Positions 40,878 through 52,522 are shown, counted from the first letter of the stretch. The stretch is 64,000 nucleotides of DNA from Octopus sinensis (GCF_006345805.1 NC_042998.1:123938001-124002000); one strand, 5' to 3'. The notes: generated by a model from the sequence alone, not told the origin. Numbers and translations are program-made.

Positions 40878-42720
40878 CACATGTGTTCGTGGTAAAAATT
40901 GCTGTTTCTTGGTGTTAATATTGTTAATAACTGTTGTTTCTTGTTAAACTGTTGAACAACTTATCTGTTGGAGTTTTCATTTCAAAACACTTAGTGCTTG
41001 TAGTAGCACGCGTTGTTCATTTCCCCCTTTGGGGGGAAGAATGTCGTCTGGCATGGAGCCTACCGTTGTAGCAGAAATACTTGTTTCTCCTGTTGAGAGG
41101 AGGAAATACATGTCCGGCGAGGAGCCAACTACAGACAGGGAAATAAGGGTTTCCCCCGCTACAAGAAAGAATAGCAGAATAGATAATATATTTGATTTTT
41201 TTGGAGACATGTCTGAAAGCTGGTCAGAACTTTCACCAGAAGAGTTTCCGACTTTGCCAGAGAACAAAGGCATTGTGTCGAAAAGAATAATTGATGTACC
41301 TAGCATCCAGATAGAACCAAAAAATCGGAAAAAAAGTTTTGCGTTGGCTGCTGGGGTGGAACCCGGCTGCTATCGACGAATAAAAGCGACTTTATGAAAT
41401 ACAGTCAAATGATGACTGACAACGGTGTGAAAATTGAACCTCCGCAAAAGTTATTACAAGAAGAAAAGCCAAAAACAATAATTTTCAAAACATATTGTCT
41501 ACAAAAAAGAAAAATTGAAAGAATGTCAGCAGAGAAAATAGAAAAGTGCTTAAAGCCAATATGGGGTGACGTAGTTTATCTAAGAAGAGGCAAGAAATTC
41601 GGAACGGTGGAAGTAAGGTTTACCAATAAAGAAATAGCACACAAGAACTCAGTAGAAACGCTGAAAACGAACGACGTGGAGCTCATCCCCTATTATATGG
41701 GGATGAGAACGTCCAGAATAAAAATTACAAGGGTACCCCCTGAAGTGGACCCTATGTTGTTGTTGGCGGCAGTCCTAATCAAAGAGGTAGAAAAAATTAC
41801 TCTCCTCCAGGCTACCGCTACGGAAAACCCACGCTGGGATGGTCAAACAATTAATCTTCTCATTCAAGCGGACCCTAAAATAATTCAAGCAATTCCCGAG
41901 AAAATTGAGGTAGGGGAGGAGAACATCGTGGTGTTTGTTGAGGGCCGAAAACCTCGATGTTTTTTATGTGGTCAATTAGGCCACATTCGAAGGAACTCCA
42001 AGGAAAATGAAGAAGAGGAGGAAGAGGAGAAAAAAGACAAAGAGGAAGAGGAAAAAGAAGAAACAGTTGAGAAATAAACAACAAACAAAAGGAAAATACA
42101 ACCAGCAACTCAGCTGAGAGCGGCGACTACTACAGAACAACGACCAAAAAAGACTGCCAGAAGAGAAAAAGAAGAAAAAGGCATAATAGCCGTATACACT
42201 AAAGATACTGAGCTCATGAGAGAGATTCATCTGATAAAGACTGTAAAAAAAATAGATAACCTTACAGAGGAATTTATCAATTACGACATATATGAAGTCT
42301 CAAATAAGACTTATAGAATTTTACAAAACAAATACAGAAAGACAGTATCTTCATTGAGATTAGATTTTAACAAGTCGATATTTCATGGATTACCAGCCCC
42401 GTTCCCGCGAGAAAAGGAAAAGGTGGAGATTCCCCCTCCACCTGATAATTCTGTGTCGGTGGTGAGACGGGATTTTGACAAATCTAATTCCCAAGACCGT
42501 CCACCTCCGACCCTGGATCAAAAAAAGGTGGAGGGTCCCCCTCCACCGGACAATCCTGATTAAACAGGTAAGTCATGTCTATTCACGTTGGTTGTATAAA
42601 TGTTCGCAGCCAGTTGTCAAGCTGGAAGCAAGGACGCTTTCTAAATGACATCAGGTCGAGAAATTTGGATGTAATTGTTGCAACGGAAACCCGGGCGAAG
42701 GGGCCAAGAGATCTACAGTT
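40878..42720 (+). mobile_element. Tx1/L1-like non-LTR retrotransposon: 5' UTR, frameshifted ORF1 and start of ORF2, 3'-truncated
   Basis: ORF1 pieces 41041-41397, 41394-42077 (FGTVEVRF, VFVEGRKPRCFLCGQLGHIRRNS) and 42216-42563; ORF2 at 42575 MSIHVGCINVRS...DIRSRNLDVIVATET is an APE-endonuclease N-terminus. Confidence 0.88.
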
Positions 42721-42872
42721 CTATAGGTTGGCAGAAAATATACTAATTACCTGCTACATGGGAAATGTCAATACTTAGTAAGTAATATGTACTTCATAAC
42801 GAGTATAAAATTCACTATGTATGAAGAATATTATAAGTGAAAATCATACATACGTATGTGTGTGTGTGTTTG

Positions 42873-42960
42873 TGTGTATAACTGTAAGATCCAAGGATCT
42901 AGGTGTAGGGAGAAAGTGACCAAGGAATTCGTAGAAAATATTAAAAACAAAAAACAATTT
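42873..42960 (+). repeat. Short dispersed repeat; inverted copy at ~51915-51990
   Basis: TGTAAGATCCAAGGATC.AGGTG...TAGAAAATATTAAAAACAAAA in both copies. Confidence 0.75.
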
Positions 42961-43829
42961 CAGGAACACACACACACACATTATCGAAGTACTATAAGCT
43001 GAGAAAAATTATTTTATATTTCACGGTAGGCAGCTTGGTTTGCCAGGTATGCGAATAAAAGTATAAAAGTTACCCCCATTTGGTGGATAAGAAAAATACT
43101 TTTTATAAAGATAATACCATAATACTTTTTATAAAGATAAAACATGACATTATTGGAACATTGCAGAGAAAGTAATACTACGGAAAATTTCACAGTGTAT
43201 GTGAATCTTTTATAAAACGTGTCTATCCATGAAAACACAACGTGTCTTCAGTTAAAAATGTCATTGCAGCATTTAAAGATAACAGTGAGTGACATAATTA
43301 TCTCTATAAGAGTTAAGTTAAAATGCGAAATATTTAATACGTTTCCAGTATAATAATCATCCACTTGAGAGTGTAACATGACTTACGAAGCGGAATGACA
43401 GTGTGAAACTAGAATATATAAAATATTATAGAATGATATTACATTATAGCTAAAAGTTATGTTAATACTAGAGAATAAAAAAAGGTCTAACACATATCGT
43501 TAGAGAAGGCGGAAAAAAATTAGCAATCAAATACTGAAGATGATATAATTAACTATTTACTTTGTACTAATTAGAGACCATGTGAGTAAATAAAGAATAT
43601 ATGTTATTAATATCATGATGAATTGGTATGGACATGTAGTGTTGGAAAGAAAAACCTCCGATTCTTTATTTTGACATTGTACTTTGAAGTCAACTTTGTG
43701 TTACCTCTATCCTGATTGGATAAGAAAGAAATCGACTTAAATAGTTCTAACCCTGCTCTACATTTGAACTTTTGTTTCCCAATGTAAGAATTACCAGTGA
43801 ACACTGGGGTCTATATATATATATATACC

Positions 43830-45345
43830 ATGGGGTCATCAGACTCTACACAAGTGACTGACTTAGTTGGCCTATATCTACTCTCGGAAGTTAGGAAAAG
43901 CTTCCCTAATCTTACTGGTGGATTATATAGCGTTGATGCCCTCTTTGCCGTGTTGGGCCTCTCTAAGACCGAATTAAACAGATTAAAGAGGTCGTTGAGA
44001 AGCTTTTTGAGGGATTTTTTAAAATCTTGATATCATCTTCGACATTAACTCTAGGGTGGTAAACTTTTTGGACGTTACCTTGTGTCTTAATACCGGTCTC
44101 TATTACCCCTTTCGTAAACCTAATAAATCAATATCATATATCAATGTATCATCTAATCATCCGAAATCCACAATAGATAGCATCATAACTGCGATTTCAA
44201 CTAGAATATCTAATCTATCTGCGAATGAAAAGATTTTTGAGCAGCATGCATCGTTGTATAATAATGTCATAAGTTTAAGTAGTTTCAAGTCTAAAATATT
44301 TTATATCTTTAATACTAGACTCAAATACAAGATGGCTGGTTTGCCAATTAAGCAAGTTACAAATACTACAGAGAACCCCCCAACTGCAATAATAAGAGGC
44401 CTTTGAATAATAATACGTTTAGGGATACCCGCAGTAGGTGCAGGTATAAGAAAATTAATAATTTTGATAAGGAGTTAAACAAAACGGGAGGTTCACGGCC
44501 TAGAATAAGGGAAGTTGTTTGGTTCGCTCCCCCTTTCTCCCTTAGAGTAAGGAATTTACCGAAACTGTTTTTTAGATTTCTGAAGGAGAACTTCCCAAAG
44601 GATCATAAATACTATAGTATCTGCAACAAGTCAACGATAAAATTCTCTTACTCTGTAATGCCTAACTTTGCTTCTATCCTTGCTTCAATCAATAGAAGCA
44701 AGCTTGCTAGGTGGAACGGCGGAAAAAGTTCCTCTGAGGATGACCAAGGAACTGTGTTTGATAATCCTGTAACGCCTAATACCAAAGCTATAAGCAGTCT
44801 ACCTTTACCGGGTACATCGAACCCATGTAATAAGGGAAGATTTGAGGGAAGGGAAGAGGGAAACCCGTCTGGAACTAGAGATATAATAAGTAAAGATAAC
44901 AATAGGAATAAAACTAGGAAAGGCCCCGGAAAGACATGTAACTGTAGAAAACCCGAGTTATGTCCTTTGGGTGGTTCCTGCCTGGTTACCAACGTAATAT
45001 ATAAATGTGTAGTCAGGGACGAAGATAAGCTAAACAAATTTTATATAGGTAGTACGATAGACTTCAAGGCGAGATATAGATCACATATGAGCTCTTTTGC
45101 TAACGACAAATACTGTAACTCAACTACACTTGCATCACATATACACAACCTGAGAAAAATAAGAAGAATTATCATCTAGAATGGTCCATCATTTCTAAAA
45201 CCCCAAATTTCAAGAGAAATATCAACAAGTGTAGGCTATGCGTAAGGGAATCACTTACCATCCTTAGGTGTTATGGACCGCACATTCTGAATAAATTTAC
45301 GGGCGTGATTCCCTTTTGCATACATAAATTTTTTTCTACATTCCT
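43830..45345 (+). mobile_element. Penelope-like element (RT C-terminal half plus GIY-YIG), 5'-truncated and inactive
   Basis: TMGSSDSTQVTDLVGLYLL, degenerate catalytic GLYSVD, VNFLDVTL...YYPFRKPN...YINVSSNHP, WFAPPFS, CNCRKPELCPLGGSCLVTNVIYKCVV...FYIGSTIDFKARY. Confidence 0.92.
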
Positions 45346-45350
45346 AAAAA

Positions 45351-45741
45351 TCTACAGGAATAAAATAAGTTGTAGAAAGTAACTGATTTAGCTTTTACAG
45401 GATTGAAACCACGGAGGCTCAATTTGATTTCATTTAGTTCAATTTTAGGTAATTGAACTTAATTTAATTTAATGCACCCATTCTTTTTGAGTCTATAGGA
45501 ATAAAATAAGTTGTAGAAAATAATTGGTTTGGCTTTTACAGGATTTGAAACCACGGAGGCTCAAATTAATTCAATTTAATTCAGTTTAATACACCCATTC
45601 TTTTTGAGTCTATAGGAATTAAATAAGTTGTGAAAATAAAATAATTTAGGTTTTACAGGATTTGAAACCACGGAGGCTCAATTTAATTCAATTTAATTAA
45701 ATTTAATCTAATTTAATTGAACTTAATTTAATACACCCATC
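45351..45741. repeat. Three tandem ~117-141-bp units
   Basis: Units start at 45351, 45492 and 45609; conserved core TTTTACAGGAT(T)TGAAACCACGGAGGCTCAA. Confidence 0.92.
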
Positions 45742-45887
45742 TTTTTTTTACCGTCTTTTCTTTCTCTACTGCGTGTTTGCTGTGAGTTGCTGATTATTTA
45801 TTGTTGAATTGTTGTTGAACGTTTTTGTTATACGGTTTTTGGTTTTTGTCTGTCTGTATTGAGACAGACAAGGTCAATCCCTCCCTA

Positions 45888-46847
45888 ATGGGAGAGACGG
45901 CAAGAATATTCGAAACCCTATCGGACTTGTCTACGTCTGAGGAAGAATTGGAGGAAGCGGTGAGGAGAATGGACCAGAAACTAGGTAATACCTATGCTGG
46001 AGTGGCTAAAAAATCGGAGGAGAGAGGATTGGACTTGGCCAAGCTGCCAAGTTACCTGAAGTATGTCAGGAAGGACGGAGGTGAGGTGGAATTGGCACCA
46101 CCACGAAAGCACAGAGAATGGTACGAGAAAAGGACCATTACATACAGGGTCTACGTAAACGGAAAGAGAAAGATCGAAGTGGTGAATATGGAGTGGATAG
46201 AGGAGGCTCTGAGAACAGAAGAGGAAATAATATTTCTGACAAGAGGTACAAGCTATGGTACTGTGGTGGTACAGTTCAGGAGTGAAAATACAGCAAGGAG
46301 GATGGCGGCGAAAGCAGTGAAATCTGAGAGGGTATTCCTTTTGCCCTCATACTTAAACAGGAAAATTACCAGAATAAGGGTTGAGGGAATGCCCCCAAAC
46401 GTCGAAGCTGAGTGGATTGTGACAGCTATAATTAGCGGTCATGAGGATGAAGTGGACATCCTCCATGCCACGGTAAAGACCGAGGGCTGGAGAGGCGCGA
46501 CACTGGATCTAAATGTGCAGACGGAGGATGATGTACTGGAGGACCTAGCAGAGAATATCAGATTGGAAGGCGTAATCATGAGAGTGTGGGTGGAGGGCAG
46601 AGCTCCACGTTGTTACAAGTGTGGCCTGAGGGGCCACATAAGAGCTAACTGCCATCCCCCAGAGAAAGATATGGATGCGGAACAACAAAGAGAGGCGGAA
46701 AAAGAGCAGAAAACAGAAGAGGAGATAACAGAAGAAGAAAAGAATTCAAAAGAATGGGAAGAAGCCAGGAGAAAGAGGAAAAGAAGAATAAGGAAAAGCA
46801 AACAGTATGGAATCCCAAAGCACCCCAACACCACCCACACCCTCTGA
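45888..46847 (+). CDS. Gag-like ORF1 protein (RNA-binding region plus CCHC zinc knuckle), 319 aa from the first ATG
   Basis: Open frame MGETARIFETLSDLSTSEEELEE...YGTVVVQF...LLPSYLNRKITRIRVEGMPP...VWVEGRAPRCYKCGLRGHIRANC with intact CX2CX4HX4C. Confidence 0.8.
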   Translation: MGETARIFETLSDLSTSEEELEEAVRRMDQKLGNTYAGVAKKSEERGLDLAKLPSYLKYVRKDGGEVELAPPRKHREWYEKRTITYRVYVNGKRKIEVVNMEWIEEALRTEEEIIFLTRGTSYGTVVVQFRSENTARRMAAKAVKSERVFLLPSYLNRKITRIRVEGMPPNVEAEWIVTAIISGHEDEVDILHATVKTEGWRGATLDLNVQTEDDVLEDLAENIRLEGVIMRVWVEGRAPRCYKCGLRGHIRANCHPPEKDMDAEQQREAEKEQKTEEEITEEEKNSKEWEEARRKRKRRIRKSKQYGIPKHPNTTHTL

Positions 46848-47220
46848 TTCCCACCCTCTCCCTGCAGACAGTGAACCCACCCGCTCCCCTCCAACAAGAA
46901 AACAGAAAAGAAAAGACACACACAACCACGATACAAAAAATGAACCCAGGCCAAACATTGTATGTATAACGGGAAAAGAAAAGATTGAAAAGATCATGGA
47001 AGAATATCAATGGTGTGACAGAGGACCGATCAGGTGTGCAGTAATTGGAAAAGAACGAATGGACGAGTTTATGATAATGTGTGAAAGGGAGGATTGGGAA
47101 GTAAATGAAGTGAGAATGGTCGAAAAAATCATGAGGGATTTGGAAGAGACGTTTGAAACAAGGATGGAGATGGAAGGACATTTTATAGGAACTGAACAAG
47201 GAGCATTTGTGTGGGATTAA
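46807..47220 (+). CDS. Pro/Thr-rich linker plus uncharacterised domain; probably the ORF1 C-terminus separated by one frameshift
   Basis: Overlaps the ORF1 end by 41 nt in another frame; related elements place a similar linker and domain at the ORF1 end. Confidence 0.5.
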   Translation: MESQSTPTPPTPSDSHPLPADSEPTRSPPTRKQKRKDTHNHDTKNEPRPNIVCITGKEKIEKIMEEYQWCDRGPIRCAVIGKERMDEFMIMCEREDWEVNEVRMVEKIMRDLEETFETRMEMEGHFIGTEQGAFVWD

Positions 47221-47488
47221 CGACTAAAGGACAGGTAAGTGATGCTAGCGGATGGGGCCGTTAGCATCACTTTCATATTATCATTTTCAAAATTCATCTT
47301 TCATTCGTTGTAATCGTGATGTTCTATGTCCCCAATGTTTGTAGTGTCCCCCTCTGTGTGGCCCCTAGTGGGTAATAAAGAAAACTCTTTCTTTTGGGCT
47401 ATCCGAGCATGAATGCCTCAATAGGAAAGCAAACAACATTATGCTGGCCTGGTACGCGATGATGTCTATCTTTATGTATATATATTTT

Positions 47489-47565
47489 TCCCCTGACGAA
47501 GGAGGTATTATCTGGATGCACCCTAGTGCTTTAAACATAATACACCCCTGAAATGGCCATAGGGA
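47489..47565 (+). ncRNA. Minimal type I hammerhead ribozyme of PLE type
   Basis: TCCC-CTGACGA-AGGAGGTATTAT...ATAATACACCCCT-GAAA-TGGCC-ATA-GGGA: stem I TCCC/GGGA, long stem II, palindromic ATGGCCAT stem III, predicted cleavage after A47561. Confidence 0.8.
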
Positions 47566-48098
47566 TAAGGAAATTTGGTTTCCTTTTAACTATAAGGCTT
47601 CTGTTACTTGAATAATGATTTCATAAGATTTCTAAACGATGAACTTTTATTTTATTTACATGATATATATTATATATTTTTTATATGCTCCTATATATAT
47701 ATTTATATATATTATATATTTTATATACCTGTATATTTTCATATATTACTTTATATTATATTTTTACTTTCCAGGTATTGTAATGTTTTTTTTAAAATGC
47801 ATTTTTCTGAATCGCTAAAATATTAACTCTAAACTGTGATGAAAAAATTTTTTTGTCGCACCTTATTATTATTATTATTATTATATGTTTGTATGCTTGT
47901 ACAGATGAATTATGTTCCATCTTGTGGGATGTTTATATGTATATTCTATGATTAAATGTTCGAATTATGAACTGCTATGCGGATGACCTTGCATTTGTTT
48001 GTTCAATAACTTTAGTTTGATATATATATATATATATATATATTTGTTCCACGTCCTCGCGTTGTTGTGTTTTTTCGTGCTTTCTTGTTTGGATTAAG

Positions 48099-48152
<54 letters not shown>

Positions 48153-48190
48153 TTCCCCAAATTCCAAGCCTTCTTCCTTTAGTAAAAAGG

Positions 48191-48257
<67 letters not shown>

Positions 48258-48274
48258 TATTATTATTATTCAGT

Positions 48275-49721
48275 TGTCCTATTTTTATCACGTGCTTTTA
48301 CTTCACTACTGAGCGCAGCTCTGTGTGCCTTGGATATGTGCTGTGGTTTGTTGTGGTGCTCTTATTCTCACTGAGATTGAAAGTGTTTTACGTAGGATGT
48401 GTACGGTGCTTAGTAGTGGTATTTTCTGTATATTATATACTTGTAAGTCCTAGTGTTTTTGTTATGTATTTGTCTGAATGCTGTTTTATCATACCTTATG
48501 CGCTTACAATAATAGGAATTGTTTCTGTTTTCAGACTCCACATTCGAGTTAACCTTATTTCCATATCTTTGTATTTTGTAAGTTTCTCCGTTTCTTTTAG
48601 AGAACCATTGTCGTCTATTAGTATTGATACATCGATTAGAAAGCATTTTTCCTTGGTGATCTCTGACAAATATACCCGGCATATTATCCTTGATTTCTCT
48701 ATCTGTGAATATTGCCATACCCCGGAGTGTGGTTGCTTTCTCATTTTCTCTGTGTGCCTATACCATCATTTTTCTGTTGTTATTCCATAGTGTTGGCATA
48801 GCTTCCAGTGTATACAGGTCCCAACTCTTGCGTGTCTGTGAATACATTCCTTCTCAGGCAGGAGTGTGCAACCAGAGAAAATATGCTTTATTGTTTCTTT
48901 TCCATCACCACATATTCTGCAGTTACTTGTATTACTTTTCATTATGTGTTTCTGGGGATTTCTTTTGGGAAGGCTTTGATCTTATGCTGCAATTCAAACT
49001 CTTTCAGCCTCTGCTTTGAGCATCTCAGCCATTATTGGGATTTTACTTTGTCTATTTCTTTTCTATTTAGCTTAACTTTTCTTTCCATCGTTTTCTCATG
49101 ATACGTTGCTGCTCCAGTTTTAGTTTGGATTTCGGTTGCTTTATAGTCTTTGTTGTTTCTTCAAGTACTTCATAGTTGTTAGGTAAAATGACTTCTGTTT
49201 TTGTATTTGTCAGCTTCCTTAAAGATAGAACACAGTTTTTTGTTTTGTTCGTATTTTATTGCTGTTCGTATCAGTTTTGCTTCCTTCTGAAGTAGGCATT
49301 TCTGTAATCCTAAGGTGGTTATATTGTAATAGTTTTCTAGCTATGTAGTACCTTTACCACCACCTTCGATACGCCTCATATATAGCCTTTCTATGTCAGA
49401 GTTTGGGTGATGCATCCTAAATCCTGCCATTCTTTTTCTTGTTTTCCTCTCTATTTTGATTAATTCATTTAGACTCTAGTTAAGAATATTGTAGCTGTAA
49501 CTTACAACTGGGACGGCTAGAGTGTTGATACCTAATATCTTGTTTTTCGCATTGATCTCTGTTTTCAGTATTAATCTAACTCTCTTATAGTATTCCTTTC
49601 TTACCTTCTCTTTTATTTGTGTGTGTTGTATTGTATCTAGTTCATTGATTCCTGAGTATTTGTATGTTTGGTTTTGGTTTAGTTCTCTTATTAAATTTGC
49701 TTGATCTAGTGTGATGTTGTT

Positions 49722-49722
<1 letters not shown>
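48275..49722 (-). mobile_element. R4/Dong-type RLE LINE, 5'-truncated and decayed
   Basis: YKYSGINE...KVRKEYYKRVRLILKTEINAKNKILGINTLAVPVVSYSY and KEKCFLIDVSI...KETEKLTKYKDMEIRLTRMWSLKTETIPIIV; 3' end abuts (TAA)n at 48190-48270. Confidence 0.88.
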
Positions 49723-49781
<59 letters not shown>

Positions 49782-49917
49782 TATCATCATCATCATCATC
49801 ATTATTATCATTATCATCATCATCATTATTATTATCATCATCATCATTATTATCATTATCATCATCATTATTATTATCATCATCATCATTATTATCATTA
49901 TCATCATCATCATTATT

Positions 49918-49949
<32 letters not shown>

Positions 49950-50139
49950 TATCATCATCATCATCATCATTATTATATCATCATCATCATCATTATTATC
50001 ATCATCATCATTATTATCATTATCATCATCATTATTATTATCATCATCATCATTATTATCATTATCATCATCATCATTATTATCATCATCATCATCATCA
50101 TTATTATCATTATCATCATCATCATTATTATCATTATCA

Positions 50140-50187
<48 letters not shown>
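49723..50187. repeat. Long compound (ATC)n/(ATT)n microsatellite; further (ATT)n at 50580-50773
   Basis: Seen directly. Confidence 0.95.
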
Positions 50188-50188
<1 letters not shown>

Positions 50189-50603
50189 GAGCAGTGTATA
50201 ACCATCAAAATGACAATGGGTAAAATATACGAAGCCCAGTATACCCATCATGACTACACGTCTGATAAGGATACACTAGGCACATGCATCACAACCATAT
50301 GTGTGCGACATGATGATCTCATATCAAGATAAGCAGCGCATGACCTTGCAAGTGGGGCCCAGTAACAATTTTCTTCTAGTCGAGTAGACCATCCCGCTCA
50401 AAATGCCCCTGAATAAGGGTTGCTTAAGGATGTTGAACGAAACACATGGTTCCAGAGGTGAATTATTCAAATCCCAAAGAATCCCTCTCAATACATGGTT
50501 ATGTTGCTCCCCCACTAATTCTGCTCGTGATCAGAGATGCACATATCGTCAGCCACTAAGTTACATGCTGAACTGGTCGTTGTTGTTGTTATTATTATTG
50601 TTG

Positions 50604-50664
<61 letters not shown>

Positions 50665-50738
50665 TATTATTATTATCATTATTATAAGTGTTGCTATTAT
50701 TGTTGTTATTAATATTATTACTAATATTATTATTATTA

Positions 50739-50775
<37 letters not shown>

Positions 50776-51638
50776 GAAGCAGAAGACTACGAGCAATCGG
50801 AATCATTAACAAGCAGTGCAAAACTCTTAGCAACATTTCGTTCGTTTTCACGTTCTAATTTCAAATTACACCGAGGTCGACTTTGCTTTTCGTTCTTTCG
50901 GAGTCGACAAACACATTCAACAGGCGATGAAGAAGAAATAGTTATAGATGCACTTACCAAATTCACATAAAGACTCCACACAGAAGAGCTGAAGACGAAC
51001 AATTCTTACCAAACTTCATTGAAATCCCACCTCAGTAAATGAGGTTAAGTAAATGCAGGTGAACAGATATGTTTTGCTCTTCTAAAATCAAATGTGACGG
51101 TATTAGACAAAATTAGGCATCTACAATGACAGAAATTTTCCCAAGTTGTAGCGGCACAAAATTATTTACGCTCAAAGAATAAACATCGGAGCAATAGATT
51201 ATGTCATAATTAAAATTAATATATACTATACTATAGTATACAATAAGTGAAACTCAGCTGTCAAAGATCTCCAGCAGCAAATTTCTCAAAAATAAATAGT
51301 TCAGTATTCAGTTGCAGTGAAACAAAATTTGAAAGATTTGAGTAAGGTTTTAGAGTACCCAACTCAACAAAGTACGAAAATCCTTGAAGTAATTTTTTTA
51401 GGATTAAACATTGGCTTCATTTTTGCATTTTCCATTATATTTTGTTATTAGTTTCCGTAAAATATATATGCATACAAATGTGTGTATGAGTGTGTAGGCA
51501 TGCATACGTGCATATGTATGTGTGTGTATGTACATCCACGTGCATCTGTGTACAAACGTGCTTATGACTTTGAAATATGTGCATATGTATTTACACGGAT
51601 ATATATATATATATAACATATAGTATGATTATATATAT

Positions 51639-51695
<57 letters not shown>

Positions 51696-52030
51696 TAAAG
51701 TTAAGGAATGGAGCAGATAAAATTCGGGCTACATATGTTTCATAGCGTGCAGATTTTAGCTGGATTTTACTCCATTCCTTAACTCTTCGATTTTTAATCG
51801 CATACCTGACAATCCTGACTACCTACGGTAAAATATAACAACTTTTGTTAGCTTATAGTACGTCGATACGGAAAAAAATCCACAACCTTCCTCCCCGGTA
51901 AATCATTATTGTTCCTGAAGGATGTTTTGTTTTTAATATTTTCTATGGATTGCTTGAAGCTCATTTTCTTCCTGCACCTCGATCCTTGGATCTTACATTT
52001 ATATATATATATGTGTGTATGTGTGCTTGT

Positions 52031-52064
<34 letters not shown>

Positions 52065-52279
52065 GTATGTATGTATGTATGTGTATTCGTGTATTTAGGT
52101 GTGCGTGTGTATCTTCAAAATTCCTAGTTTTTCTTCCTTTCCATAATGCTGCTTCCCACTCTCTATGAAATTCTAAACCCTTATTATTCACGCTTGACGT
52201 TATTCTTTCTTTCTCTCAAACCCAAAGTGAGAGATTCATAACTTTTGCATCTATTCGAGTTCATGTACATAATGAAAAA

Positions 52280-52522
52280 GGTACTACTACTACTACTACT
52301 ACTACTAATGATGATGATGATGATGATGATAATGATAATAATAATAATGATGATGATGATAATAATGATGATAATAATGATGATGATAATAATGATGATG
52401 ATGATAATAATGATGATGATAATAATGATGATGATGATAATAATGATGATGATGATAATGATGATGATGATAATAATAACAATGATAATAACAATAATAA
52501 TAATAACAATACTACTACTACC
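52280..52522. repeat. Compound (CTA)n(ATG/ATA)n microsatellite
   Basis: Seen directly. Confidence 0.95.

Larger units (their letters stand above)
45750..47383 (+). mobile_element. ORF1-only (half-LINE) Tx1/L1-like retroelement, apparently full length
   Basis: TTG-rich 5' UTR, ORF1, CAGGTAAGT motif, 3'-UTR hairpin, tail GTGGGTAATAAAGAAA; no room for an ORF2. Confidence 0.85.

Noticed and set aside
50960-51040. Two consecutive minus-strand TTTG/GTAAG donor motifs
   Set aside because: The implied intron is only ~21 nt and there is no coherent reading frame.
52229-52281. Possible small exon ERFITFASIRVHVHNEK, or a read-through D/N-rich frame
   Set aside because: Weak donor (AG/GTACTA), no recognisable homology, and the acidic frame is explained by the microsatellite.
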